Shown in pieces: positions 13,503 through 27,614 of a stretch of DNA of 64,000 nucleotides. The position numbers were made by a program, and so were the translations under genes. This DNA is from the human T2T-CHM13v2.0 reference genome, Homo sapiens, in NCBI RefSeq assembly GCF_009914755.1, contig NC_060925.1; one strand, 5' to 3'. The notes under the pieces were generated by a model. That model was not told where the DNA came from, searched no databases, and saw only the letters and a list, made by a program, of their open reading frames with translations. Positions within the stretch are counted from its first letter, which is position 1, and each line of letters opens with the position of its first letter.

Positions 13503-13765
13503 TGCTGCAGGCTGAATAATGGCTTTCCAAAAATGTTCACAATCTAATTCCTGGCACCTGTGAATATGTTATCTTAACATGGTAAAAGGAATCCAGATAG
13601 CCCCTGGAAGCTAGAAAAGGCAAAAGAATGGATTTTTCCAGAAAGAATGTTTTCTTCCAGAAAACATTCTTTGATTTTCAAACTTCTATAAGATCATAAA
13701 TTTGTATTGTTTTAAGCTAATACGTTTCCAGTAATTTATTACAGCAGCAATAGGAAGTGAATACA
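13503..13765 (+). mobile_element. MaLR LTR (MLT1), internally deleted
   Basis: ctgaataatggc...tgtgaatatgtta start and acagcagcaataggaagtgaataca end. Confidence 0.75.
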
Positions 13766-14603
13766 GTTGGTTACCCAGCCCCTCCCTCAACCAGGATGCC
13801 CAATGAACCACTGAACCACTCATGCACTGAACCAAAGAAGCTCAATTACTGCATTGAGTGGAGAAACAAAATCAGCTCATTGAAAACGTACCATGTGTGA
13901 GAATTTCAGGGACACAGAAAGACACAGTTTTAAATTAATTCCACTGTTATTTTGGACTTTTCTCTAAGAAACCTGAAAGTAAAGAAATGCACAATAACCT
14001 ACACGTGCCCCAAAATAAAGCCTTTGTAATTCCTTAGGTTAAAATACTAACCTCCCCCTAGAGGCAACAGAGCATGTTTACAGGTTCAGATTTAAATCCT
14101 GCCCCAGGTGTCACCAGCTGGGTGACCTTGGGTACCCAGCTAGTTACTCAATTGCGCTGGCTGCCAACTCTCATCCCTAGGCTGGAGGTAATAATATTAA
14201 TCTGGCTCACAGTGTTGTTAGATAAACAGTATAAGGAGTTTAGCACAGCACCGGCACTCAGGGACATTGGCCATATTTCTATTTCATGAGGAAGTGCAAC
14301 CACTCCTTGGGGAGGAAAGTAGAGGGGGACAAAGAAAACTCAAAAACTCTTTGAAAAAAAAAATGTGCAGCTTGCCAATGTGGGAGTTATTAAATCTGAG
14401 AAGATTTTCTTTTGACCAGCAAAGATTGTCCCTGGCCCCAGTGAGATGTTTTTCTTGGTCTCGCTGCCCCTTTTGTCCTGCTTCCCTTAGAGAGAGCAGA
14501 TGTTCCCTCTCCGGCTTAGAAAGTCATCTCTAGAGAGTGAGGGTCTGACTACAACCAGACCCTGGTATCTTCTCTCCTCTTTAAGTGAAACCAAACAAAG
14601 GGT

Positions 14604-15178
<575 letters not shown>

Positions 15179-15519
15179 AAACGAAGTATTCTGAGTAATG
15201 TAAGAGAAGCCAAGGTTGGGGAGGGCGCGTGCTGCATTTGGGCAGATTTCGACGGACTTTAGTGCTTCAGCTGAGGTGTGTTTGGATGATGGATGGGGGA
15301 GAGCTGCATGCAGGAACGTCAGGCTGGCCTACAGTTCTCCAGGTTATTGATTGAGCTCTGCTGGCATTGGGACAGAGGAAGTTTCTGCTGCGATGGATGA
15401 CCCTCCTTGGAAAAGTTTCATTTGTCTTATGAGTCTCAGAGCTCATAGAGGATTTTGCTGCTTTTCCCTCAACTGACCCAGAGGTATGATCCCAGGGGAC
15501 ACCAACATGAAGCAATCTT

Positions 15520-16000
15520 AAAATGGCCTTTAGGATTCTGATGTGAAATAAGATACCACTGTGTATCACTTAAAGCAAATGTTTTTAAAATGACACTGAT
15601 TAGTGCCCGTGAGGATGGGGAAGTGTACATTCTAACACGTGGTCCACGAGAGCATAAATTGATAAAGCCTTTTAGGAGGGCAATATGGCAGTCAGCATCT
15701 ATCAAAATGATAGATGGGCATGACCTTGACCTGGCACTTCCACCTCCAGGAATCCATACTACAGAAAAAACTTGCACATGTGCACAGAGATGTATTCAAA
15801 AAGATAGTTCACTTCCGCATTATTCGTAAGAGTAAAAAATCAAGACTAAAAAAGGAAGCTGTTAAATGTTGGTACGTCCATTTGAAGGAATATTATACAG
15901 CCATTTAAAAGAATGAAGTAGATTTATCTAATCTGACATGGGAAGATCTCCAAGACACATCAGTAGGTGGGAAAAAAAATCAAATCACAGAACAATACCA
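15520..16000 (+). mobile_element. Old L1ME-like 3' fragment
   Basis: gaatattatacagccatttaaaagaatgaagtaga-like L1 3' sequence. Confidence 0.65.
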
Positions 16001-16293
16001 AATAAAACTGTGAGTCTAAAGTAACTTCAGATAGTGATAATAAGAGTGGTGAAGAAAATAACAGGGAAAGAAGGTAGAGATTGGGTGCTGTGGGTTGCTA
16101 GGGAGATAAGCAAATGGCAAGCCATCAGCCATACGACAGTGAGGAGGAAAGTGCTGCAGAGAGAGGGAGGAGCTTTGTAGCCCCTGAGGTGGGAGAGCTG
16201 GTGGCATGGCTGCAGCGCTGGGAAAACAGGCTGACGTCAGAGGCTTGAAGGATCAGGTAGAAAAGGCCTGGAAAGCCCTGGGAACAAGTTTGA

Positions 16294-16779
<486 letters not shown>

Positions 16780-17837
16780 TAGATACGATACTTGGCACGT
16801 TAATGTGTTTGATAACTATGATATTAGTTTTAAAAGTAAAAAGGCCTACAGTAAGTGGAGAGTAATATTATACTAGAATTGAATTTTGTTACAGCTCATT
16901 CATTACACAGATTGTTTTGTTATGATTGTATTCAACCTGGTCTAATCCCATCCTAAGAATATAGCAGTTTATTCAACAACCTGGTTTTATCTCATTGGTT
17001 TATGAAATGGATGGCAGCACTGTCCCCCCAAGCCCAAGAGTAGAAAGGAGACCCCAGGAATTACGAAAACCTGTACAAAATTCATAAGCAAGGATAAGGT
17101 CCCACAGCCTCATGCTCTTAAGTGGGTTATTCAAGTGCTTCTGCATACTTCTCTCGCTCATTTTGGTTTCGTTCATTTTTTAGCTAAAGTTGCAGTGCCC
17201 CCTGGAAGATCAGACTTTCTCTTTCTCACCCTAATTTAAGGCATTGCAAATATTTTATCCTGGGTGAACCTTTTCAGTACTTTCCTGAAAATATAGGGTG
17301 GACACCTGAAGAATCATGGAAATTCGCTTTGAGCAGTCCATAGCTTTGTTCTTGGAATGTAAAAGATGAATTTGGTGACCTTTACAGAGAGAGCAGTTTT
17401 AGTTAAAGAAGAAGGAGAAAGACTGCCTGGAATAGGTAAATCTGGAGAGTCAACCTGGGTGGGTCTCAGACGGACTCTCCCAAACATTCTTAAAATACTG
17501 AATTTCTAATTGTTCAAAGAACTTGGCCTGGTGATCTGAATCTTAGTATCTCTAGGCCAGCTTCCTGTACTGCCCTGATCCTGGGACCGCTTTCAAAAGC
17601 TCCTTGCATGAACAGCAAATGCAGAGTACAACATCATTCTAATGCTTTAGAACTAGCACCAGAGTAATATAGCAAACCCTGTCTTCCAGAATGCCTCTGA
17701 TATAAAATCATAATTATTCCTCTTTCCTTCATGAGCCTGAGTTTGAGTCAAATGCATCCAGCCTGCTCTGGTCCCTCTCATGTCTCCAGTGATTTCCCAG
17801 GAAAACCAGGAAGACCCCTATTCCTAAAAAGGTTCTA

Positions 17838-18058
17838 GATCAATCATTTTCAACCAGGGTTGATCACCCCCCAGGGCACATTTGGCAATGTCTAGAGACA
17901 TTTTTGGTTGTCACAATTGTAAGAAGAAAGTGCTACTGTCATTTAGTTGGCAGAAGCCAGGGGTTTTGCTTAACATCCTATAATGCACAGGACAGCCCCA
18001 CAACAAAGAATCATCTGGTCCAGTTTGTCAACCGTGCCAGGGTTGAAAATCCTGTTCT
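17838..18058. mobile_element. MER20 DNA transposon
   Basis: catttggcaatgtctagagacatttttggttgtcacaa...acaggacagccccacaacaaagaat. Confidence 0.85.
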
Positions 18059-19016
18059 ACACATAAACAAGGCCTCTGTTTTAAAGGGAAACTAGAAACT
18101 CATAATGCCAACACAGGTGGAAGAATTATGGCCCCAAGGGAAGGAAAAAAAAAAAAAGCAGGGGCATTGGAATTTCACAGTCTGTTTTTCCACCCCTTTT
18201 AGCACAAGAGACTGTTATTGGAAAAAGTGACCAAGTCAAATAGCATATGACAAATCTCCCACATGACAAAGGGATTTCCCAGCTACCCACGCGGTCGTAA
18301 GAGATTAGTCCTAAGGTTCCCGCTCACCCTGTGAGGCTGCTTATGGAGATTTGCCCCTGCTTGAGTGAGGTGCCCTGGTCTAGAACCAGCTCCTGCCCAA
18401 CTGTCTTCTTCCTTCACTATCCACTCCCTTCCCTTTGTTTTGACAAACCAAATTCCAGTCTAGGGTGTCAGGTACTGAAGCTTCAAAATTCACCCTGACC
18501 TGACAGAATTAATGGTTTCTGTGCCCAGTCATTAAGAGCACAGGATTTTGGAACAAGCAGAGTGAGCGATTTGGGGAATTCTTGGCCAAAGATCAAGAAA
18601 GCCTCTTTCTCCTTACAGGCCCTAATTAATTAACTGGTTCTTTATGAAAAACTGTGAGGGAATAATTCAGAAAAGAAGCAGTAAAAGGATTTTTCAGCAG
18701 TCTTTCATTTTCTAGATTCAAAACAGTATTAGGTAATAATTAGGTAAAGCTAATTGCACTGGTGTCTTGGCACTGGGAAGGTTATTTTCTCCTGAAAGTG
18801 AAAATGGTGGGGATGGACAAAGAGGCCTGTCCCCAGTCAAGCTCCCTGACAGGACCTGCCTACCACTTCTCAGGGGTCTGCTTTACAACCTGAATGATTA
18901 ATGGCCACCATGAAATCTAGTTACTGATTTACTTTTCTCACACAGGATCCAAGAAGTGGGCTTCTCAGAACAGAGTTAAGAAAAGAGTTGTGCAGTTCAC
19001 ATCACACGTCCAGTCC

Positions 19017-19018
<2 letters not shown>

Positions 19019-19060
<42 letters not shown>
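19019..19060. repeat. (AC)21 microsatellite
   Basis: Perfect dinucleotide run. Confidence 0.97.
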
Positions 19061-19062
<2 letters not shown>

Positions 19063-19090
19063 CCTGGTGTTCTGCCCAGTGTAAACCATG

Positions 19091-19445
19091 TGACATGGCT
19101 TGGCTGTGTCCCCACTCAAATCTCATTTTGAATTCCCACATGTTGTGGGAGGGACTCGGTGGGAGGTAATTGAATCATGGGGGCAGGTCTTTCCCATGCT
19201 GTTCTCGTGATAGCAAGTAAGTCTCACCAGATCTGATGGTATTATAAGGGGGAGTTTCCCTGCACAAGCGCTCTTTTTGCCTGCTGCCCTCCATGTAAGA
19301 TGCAACTTGCTCCTCTTTGCCTTCCAACCACAATTGTGAGGCCTCCCCAGCCACATGGAACTGTGAGTCCATTAAACCTCTTTCTTTTGCAAATTGCCCA
19401 GTCTCAGTTATGTCTTTACCGGCAGTGTGAAAACGGACTAATACA
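19091..19445 (+). mobile_element. THE1 (MaLR) solo LTR
   Basis: tgacatggcttggctgtgtcccc...gtgaaaacggactaataca; 5-bp TSD ccatg on both sides. Confidence 0.92.
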
Positions 19446-19559
19446 CCATGACAGATTTAGAAATTTATAAGCATACTATGAAATAGAAGATAATAATTTT
19501 TTTGGTAGGCACATTAGTCACAGGTTTGGAATTTCTTTTTATTTTAAATAATTTAAGGC

Positions 19560-19691
19560 TTTTTTTTTTTTTTGAAATGAGGTCTCACTATGTTTCCCAG
19601 GCTGGTCCCAAATTCCTGGGCTCAAGCAATCCTCCTGCCTCAGCCTCCCAAGTAGGTGGGATTACAGTAGGCATGAGTCACCACACCTGGC
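19560..19691 (-). mobile_element. Alu monomer (FLAM-like)
   Basis: Single arm with poly(T). Confidence 0.8.
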
Positions 19692-19989
19692 AATTTCAGA
19701 TTTTCCAACAAGCTGCAGGAATAGTACAAAGAACCCTCATATACCAATCTCCCAGATTCCCCATTTGTTAATATCTTACCACATTTGCTTTATTTGTTTT
19801 GCTCTCTGTATATTTATTTTATTACTTTTAAAACTATTTAATAGTAATTGCCTTACAGTTCCTAAAAAAAAAAAGACATATTGGTGACAGTTTGTCAAGC
19901 TCATCTTTTTTCAGTTGAAGAAAGTATGAATGTTTGGCAAATGGCCTAGAAGTCTGGGCCTGCTAAATAGGATTTTCCAAGTATCCCTC

Positions 19990-20220
19990 AGGATATCTGG
20001 GTTCAAATCCTGACTCTACTTCTTTCCAGCAGTAAGATTTTGGATACCTTCCTAAGTCTCAATTTCTTCATCTGTAAGGTGGGATAATGACAGTATCCCT
20101 CTCAGGGGTTGCTGTGAGGATCAAATGAACTAAGTCCCTAAATAAGTCCATGCATGGACAGGTTCAACTGCATATGCCACCATGTTCAATAACAACATTG
20201 CTTCATTATTAGCTACTATT
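19990..20220 (+). mobile_element. MIR
   Basis: gggttcaaatcctgactctac...ttcatctgtaaggtgggataat...gttgctgtgaggatcaaatga. Confidence 0.8.
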
Positions 20221-20779
20221 ATCTCCTTTTCCTTTCTCATTTTCTTGTAATTATTCAAGGTTATTATTCTCAAGTATTTCCCCAACTGTGTCTTTTCCAA
20301 TGAAGCCCAATTCCAGCTTTCACTCGTGGAGCTGTCATGGAACACTCAGTCTCCCTAATTTCTCTCTCCCACTGCCAGCCCCCAGCCCCCATCCCCTCCT
20401 CCCCCAACACGCACGCATCTATTCAATTTAACCGGAACAAATTCAGAAGCTTACAAGCATACTATAGGATACCAAAGAACAAAGAACCATTTCTTGTAAG
20501 GTTGTTAAAATACTTGTGATTTAAAGCAGGACAAACCTGAAGAATCCAGCATGCCTGAGATCACACATCTCTGAACAATAGGCTGTGATTTGAGTAATTA
20601 CCCCTGAAGAGAGGGAGGTACCTGACTTCTGGGTATTTGGTCAACCAGCTGGACTTTCTTTCCTTAGGCATGGATAACTGGGTATTTGGTTAGCAAGGAA
20701 AAAAGAAAATTAATGTTTAATATAAACATAATGTTCTTGGCACTTCCATTAGATGTTTAGAGATTTTCACTTTCAAGCA

Positions 20780-21078
20780 TTTCTTTTTTTGAGATGGAGT
20801 CTCGCTCTTTTGCCCAGGCTGGAGTGCAGTGGTGCAATCTTGGCTCACTGCAACCTCCGCCTCCTGGGTTCAGGTGATTCTCATGCCTCTGCCTCAGTCC
20901 CTCTGGTAGCTGGGATTACAGGCGCATGCCACCATGCCTGGCTAATTTTTGTATTTTTAGTAGAGATGGGGTTTCACCATGTTGGCCAGGCTGGTCTCGA
21001 ACTCTTGGCCTCAAGTGATCTGCCTGCCTTGGCCTCCCAATGTGCAGGGATTACAGGTGTGAGCCGCTGCGCCCAGCC
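20780..21078 (-). mobile_element. Alu (AluS)
   Basis: Full dimer. Confidence 0.95.
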
Positions 21079-22025
21079 AATGGGAAATATACCTTTTAAA
21101 ATCCAACAACAACAGCACATATTAATCAATTACTAATTAGTACCAATGGGCAACCCTGCAGAGGAAGGCTGGAAGAAAGGTCTTGAAGCAGAAATCTCTG
21201 CTTCCAAGGGCCTCAGCTGCAGCTGGGATTTGTCTCTAGGGCCCTGATAGGTGTGCGGCCACTGAGAACAGGGTGGCTTTTGCTGAGCAACAGCTTTGAG
21301 CCACATGTTTATGAGACAGGCTCTGCCAACAGCAATTCCATATGAACAACAGAAGCAGTCTTCAGTGTCTGCCGTGTGGAACCTTGTGCCCATTTCTAGA
21401 GGTGCCTATTCACTCTCTTACATGCCTTCAAACTTTGTGCAACTATTTGCCTGTAGGATAAGATCCAAACTCCCAAACAGAGCAAATATAATGGGTTCTT
21501 TAAATCTGAGCCCTACAGCTCTCTCCTGAACCTGCTGCATGCCCTTTTCCCCCAGCAACATATGCCTTCACTCATGTGTTCCTTCTGTCTCAAATGCTCT
21601 TCCCTACCTTGGTAACCCCTGCCAACCCTTCAAAATCCAACTTGCCATGCCACCTTCCCTGACTTTCAGAGCTGGAATGATCTGTCCTTCCACAAGTCCA
21701 TACATGCCACTGTAATAAGTTTGATCCCATTTTCTTGGGAGCAGCTCCAGGTCAGTCCTGTGCTTTATTCTTCTTTGCATCCCCAGCATCTTGTCCAGTG
21801 TCTGGCACCCAACTGATGCTCAGTTACTGTTTGTTGGGTTAAACTGGAAGGCATAACCAGGTCAGGGGCAGAGCAGCCTTGGCTATGGCATTTCTCTGTT
21901 TCTAGCTCCTCCTTATCAACTAGACATTTGACAATACTCAACAAGCACTCATGGTGTGCACAGCCTTTTGCTGAACTACAGTGTATGCATATGTAAAAGT
22001 GCAGACACCTTAAAGATAATAATTC

Positions 22026-22220
22026 ACTGGACATGGTGGCTCATACGTATAATCTCAGCTACTCAAGAAGCTGAGGCAGGAGCCTTCCTTGAGCCCAGGA
22101 GTTTGAAGTTACAGTAAGCTATGATGACACCACTGCACTCAGGCCTGGGCAACAAAGTGAGACTCCATCTTTAAAGACAAACCAACCAACAAACAAACAA
22201 CAAGCAAACAAGCAAACAAA
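22026..22220 (+). mobile_element. Alu monomer (FAM/FRAM-like) with (CAAA)n tail
   Basis: Single right-arm-like monomer. Confidence 0.75.
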
Positions 22221-22830
22221 CCTAAGAATTCCCAGCCTAAAGGTAAATTGCTCTCATACAAGTGTAGTAACTTATGGGGGAAAAAGTCGTACACTTTGTA
22301 TATGCTAGTTTTGCGAAAGTACGTTTCTAACATCAGCTCATGCAGATTTCAAAAATCAAAAGTTTAACACCCCATCTTAATATTAAACCAATCAGATTTT
22401 TTCTCTTGTCATTCTGATCATTGGTCTATCTCAACAAAAATATGGGGAAAAAATAGAGGCAAATATTCACTTGGCCATCCGTCATGCTGTGATGGCTGTC
22501 GATAGCTGATTCTGAAATCACTCGGGGCAGACACACAGATAGGAATAAAATACTTTCACACATATTTTTAAAGGGTCAATTGATATCTCAGTTGTTTTAA
22601 CAAAATAAAGAATAGCACTAAGTTCACCACTGACAAAGTATTTCCACATTGGTGAACACTCAAAAATGTATCACGCATGTCGGTAACATGTGCAATAACA
22701 AGTCTTGAATTCCTTCACAAGGTACAATACACAGAGGTCAAGTTGTGTGTGTGCGCTTGTGTGTGTGTGTGTGTGTAATTCAATCCAAATTAAAGACATC
22801 ATATCCAAACTACTTTTAAAATATGAGTAG

Positions 22831-23089
22831 CTTTGGGAGGCCGAGGCGGGTGGATCAGGAAGTCAGGGGTTCAAGACCAGCCTGGCCAAGATGGTAAAAC
22901 CCCGTCTCTACTAAAAATACAAAAATTAGCCGGGCATGGTCGTGGGCACCTATAATCCCAGCTACACAGGAGGCTGAGGCAGAGAATTGCTCGAACCTGG
23001 GAGGCCGAGGTTGCAGTGAGCCGAGGTCATGCCACTGCACTCCAGCCTGGGCAACAAAGCAGACTCCGTGTAAAAAAAAAAAAAAAAAA
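22831..23089 (+). mobile_element. 5'-truncated Alu (AluSg-like)
   Basis: Begins at ctttgggaggccgaggcggg; poly(A) tail. Confidence 0.92.
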
Positions 23090-23095
23090 GCAAAG

Positions 23096-23222
23096 AATGC
23101 CTAATGTAGATGACAGGTTGATGGGTGCAGCAAACCACCATGGCACGTGTATATCTATGTAATAAACCTGCACTTTCTGCACATGTACCACAGAACTTAA
23201 AGTAAAAAAATAAAAAAATAAA
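23096..23222 (+). mobile_element. L1PA 3'-terminal fragment
   Basis: cctaatgtagatgacaggttgatgggtgcagcaaaccaccatggcacgtg...agaacttaaagta plus A tail. Confidence 0.9.
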
Positions 23223-24574
23223 ATGAGTAGCCCATGAACTAAAAAACCAACAAATTTAGAATAACAAAAGTCTTTAATTTTTGATTCTTAGAGCTTTTTC
23301 TCCTTAATTACTAAAAATCAAACACCCACCTTGGGAGAGGAGTCAGCCAGGACCTCTGTTCTTGGGCTGTTTCTGTCCATCCCTGACATCCTCTGCACAT
23401 CAGGATGTTTGAGGCAGCGAGGCATGCTCTCCTTGGGAATGGAGGTGACATCACAGGCCCAGAGTCCCCACTGACCCTGAGTGCTCCAGTTCCCAGGGAC
23501 TTCCTCCCTGGAATCTGGAATTCATTTTGGCACAGGTCATGGAGAGCCATGCGAACAATGAAGAGGGAAAGGGTGGCAGGGCTCAGTGTCTGTGTCACCC
23601 AGGGTCTGTTGCCCCCAACTCCTCCCTGACATAAATGGCTGCTCTGTGGGGTGGGGAGCTAAGAGGAGAGGGCTGGCCCCTCTGTCTCCTGCAGGCCCTC
23701 CAGCTTGAAAAGAGAGCAAAATCCATGCCCCCTCACCTCCCCATACACATTCTTTCTGACCCATTTTCTTTCATGTCTGTGGAGATCAGATGCTGAGTCA
23801 AACGGCAGCCCTGGATTTCTTCCTGGGCTGCTGCAGTACCAGCTGCAGAGCCAGGGCTCGCCAGCCCCCCACCAGGCACCTCGGTCCCCTGAGCTGTCCA
23901 GGCACGGGGGCCTGAGGGACTGGGCACTTTACTTCCCTCTGGAGGGCAGGCACTGTGTCTCATCCAGCTTGCTGCCTTCCTCAGCTCCTCCCCCACAGCC
24001 CTTACCAGGGCTCCTTCTATATTGTTGATACTCAGCAAACATTGATTCATTGGGTAAGTGAACGTAAGCAGAGCTTGCCATAGGGAATATTATTCACTAG
24101 GTAAAATGTGTTGGAAATAACCCTTTATCTGATTCCCCTTCTTTCCACTTATAGAAATTGAGGTGTTTTCCTCCGGTCCTGCATTTTGGGACTCTAAGTC
24201 AGCATCCTTGGCATGCCTGTGTTCCAGATCTCCATCCCCCATGCCCTCAGCTAGTTGTTACCTAGTAGTCAGACACTACTAATCACTAGACCTGTGCACA
24301 TTTGATAAATGTTACCTGATCCACATACATTTTAATAAGAGCCCCCAATGTCTCTCCCCAGAAGAATGTCTCTAAAATGGGAATTCCAGTAACCTGTGTC
24401 AAAGTGGAGTAGACTCTTCTAAATGGGAACCGTCGGGTCATACCTCAAAAGTGGCAGCCTCAGAGTGGGGTGGGCCTGGCTGGTCAGCCGTTTTATCCCA
24501 GAAAGTAGGCTCAGTTTCATCCCCCCGTATTTCAGCCCACATCCTCCAGCATACCCTGAGCCTGACTGATGGAT

Positions 24575-24865
24575 TTTTTCTTTTTCCTTTTTTGAGACAG
24601 GGTCTGTCACCCAGGCTGAAGTACAGTGGCTACCTCCTGGCTCAAGTGATCCTGCTGGGCTCAAGCGATCCTCTTGCCTCAGCCTCTCAAGTAGCTGGCA
24701 TTCAGCCACCATGTTCAGCTAATTTAAAATATTTTTTTTTTGTGTGGAGATGAGGTCTCACCACCATGTTGCCCAGGCTGGTCTGGAACTGCTGGGCTCC
24801 AGCTATCCTCCTGCCTGAACCTCCCAAAGTGCTGGGATTATAGGCATGAGCCACCATGCCTGGCC
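24575..24865 (-). mobile_element. Alu (AluJ-like)
   Basis: Diverged dimer. Confidence 0.85.
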
Positions 24866-27614
24866 TTGACCCATGGATTTCTATGTACTCTCTTACCCAC
24901 TCCCTCATCACCTACAATCAAGTCACCTCTTGCCAATCTTTGGAAGCCGAGAAGACTTTTAGAGTTGACTCTGTTTTCCTCTCATTTTACTGGCCAAGAA
25001 GTGAAGGCCCAGAGACTGCCTAAGATAACCCCAAGGGCTGGAAGTGGATTCATGAACCCCCACCCAAGTCTATTAACCCCAGGGCTTTTGACACTAGCAG
25101 AGGGAAAGGCTTCTACCCAGATTAATGACAGGGGCTATTCAAAGATTCTTGACCAGTGTCCAAAAGAAAAAAATATTTAAATTAGCATCCACTATGGGCT
25201 GGATTCTATGCTGAGCACTAGAGTCACAGGTGGTGCACCCACTGTGAGACACAAATACACAAACAGACAAACACAATACAGTGTTAAAGGAGCTGTAATA
25301 GCCAAAACGTCTGAGTGTCTATTATGTTCTGGGCACTGTTCTATAGCCTTCACAAACAGTTATTCTAAGGGCAGAGGTAAGCTCATGGCCCTATGGAAGC
25401 TCTGAGTTCCACTGACACAGTGGGAAATTGGGCTTCGACTCCCAGACATCCGGCCTAGGCTAGCGAAGTCTCTGCCTCACCTCCCCAGCAGGCCCTGGGA
25501 CCCCAGTGACATGGCCTGAGCCCTGGATCCTAAGACCTCCTCTCACTTTTGTGTCACTGGGACTTCTGTGCCCCAGCCTGAAGTCCTCTTGCCTGTCTGC
25601 AGGCTACAGTCTGTTAGAGAAAAAGTCCAGGCCAGATGAGGAAATGGGGCTCTGTCTTTGGGATGGGAGGAGAGGGACTGCGGAGGTGATGGCCCACAGG
25701 TGGGGAGGAATGACTTGAGTTCTGTGCTCGGAAGTCAGGGCAGCTCTGCAAGATTTTTTCCTGGCCAGTTTTGGATTTCCAAAACCAGAGAGAGATTCAT
25801 TGTGTTTGCCTTGAGAAAGGAAATCCCCCAAACAGGATGATGGGGGAGGAATTTCTGAGGGCAGAGAGTTTCTAGAACTGAGAAGGGAGGGTTTAGGGAG
25901 GCCAGGACAGAATCATTGCACAACCCTGCTCTCCCTGGGAAAAACCCTCAGTCCTTCCTGCCTTGAGCCAGAGGCCACGGGCTCCATCTGCTGAGAGCTT
26001 GTAGAGACACACATCAAACAAGTCCCAAACTGCTGACCTCTACTTCTACCTTTGCTGAACTCCCTAAAATCCGATACAGGAGCAGAGGTTTGGGGCCTGG
26101 GAGCCTGGGGCAGGAAAGAGCCAAGGGCAAAGAAGTACAAGCCAGCTATGGATTTTTAACATCATTATTTTGTTGTTATTATTTATTGAATCATCACATC
26201 AGCTCTATTGGAGGTGGTATCATTAAGCACAATTTATAGATGAGAAGTTAAGGACTTGCTTATAAGGGCAGAAATGGGAATCATATAGGGACTCAGAGCC
26301 CCTGCATTCTCCTCATTGCAATGCTACTGTCTTGTGGGGACACAGGCGTGTGCATGCCCCATACCCCCACATACACACTACCTACCACTGTGCTGCAGCA
26401 GAAGCTATGCTGAAGTAGAAGTCAAGATTGCTGAGCCCAGTCCTGACTCCACTGGAAACTGGCTGGGGGCTCAGTTGACTCACCCCAAAAAATCTGCTCC
26501 GGTTACTTCCATTCTGCCAACATCGAGCACCTACTGTGTACCCGTGCTGAGTGCCAGGAATACAAGAATTTAGAAAATGAAAGTCCTGCCCTGGAGGCAT
26601 TTACACACCAGTCAGACTTATAAACACCAGAGAATGACTTATAAAAAGATCACTTCAGCACAGTGCCTACATTTCCAAGCAGTTGTAAAGTTTAAGTGAG
26701 ATGATATATGCCACTGTTTAGAAAACCCAAGAACTGCCCCAATGTTCTCGAGGTTGAGCCAGCTCTCTCAGAGGCAGCAGGAGAGTCACAAGCAGGCTGG
26801 GACACTCTTGGTCATCCTTCCCTTCTCAGCAGCGCCTCTGGCCAAGGCCAGGCCTGCCTTCAGCTTCCACTTGCCATGGTGACAGTGCCATCCTTGGTTT
26901 CTTCCCTCCTTCCTTTCTTCCTTCTTTCCTTCTTCTCCTCTGCCTCTCTCTCTCTCTTCCCCTCTCTCTTTCTCTCTTCCTTTATTTTTTGGTTTCCACT
27001 ATTCTATGTGTCCTCAGCAGGGAAACCGGCAGGATATTCCTCCTCCATCTGACAAGAGTCAGAAATTGGGGAACTTCCATAGCTGTGGGGTTGAGAGTGG
27101 GATGCAACTTAAGATGACCCTGGGAGGGAGTTTTCCATGATCTGCCGTGTCTTTGAGCATCTGCAGTTCCCATCCTCTCATTCCCGTTTTTCTGGACTTA
27201 TCTCATTATGGTAGGAAAGTCATTTATTCACCACTATTAACAGCCTCTCCCCTTCTCTGCCCATGGCGGGGAATTCTGGGATAGCTGCTGTCTCTCTGGC
27301 TGAACTAGGGTAAAGGGAAAGGAGCGAACTGAGTGAAACCAGACAAGGTGAATTGATTTCCTCTAAAAATTAACTCTGAGTTCCTGATGAAGGAGAAATA
27401 AATAGATCCTGAGGATGAGATGAGAGGAGAAACAAGATGAGAATCTTCTGGGCTTAGAGAGAATTGTTAGGAATGAGGAGAGAGGTGATAGTATTTCAGA
27501 GGTAGTATATGTGAAATATACAGAGAAAGATAAAGTTTTTGAAGTGCTGCTCTAGTTTGAGTTGAACATCCTTTTGGTATTCTTTGAGAGATTTTGGCAG
27601 AGATTAAAATTTCT

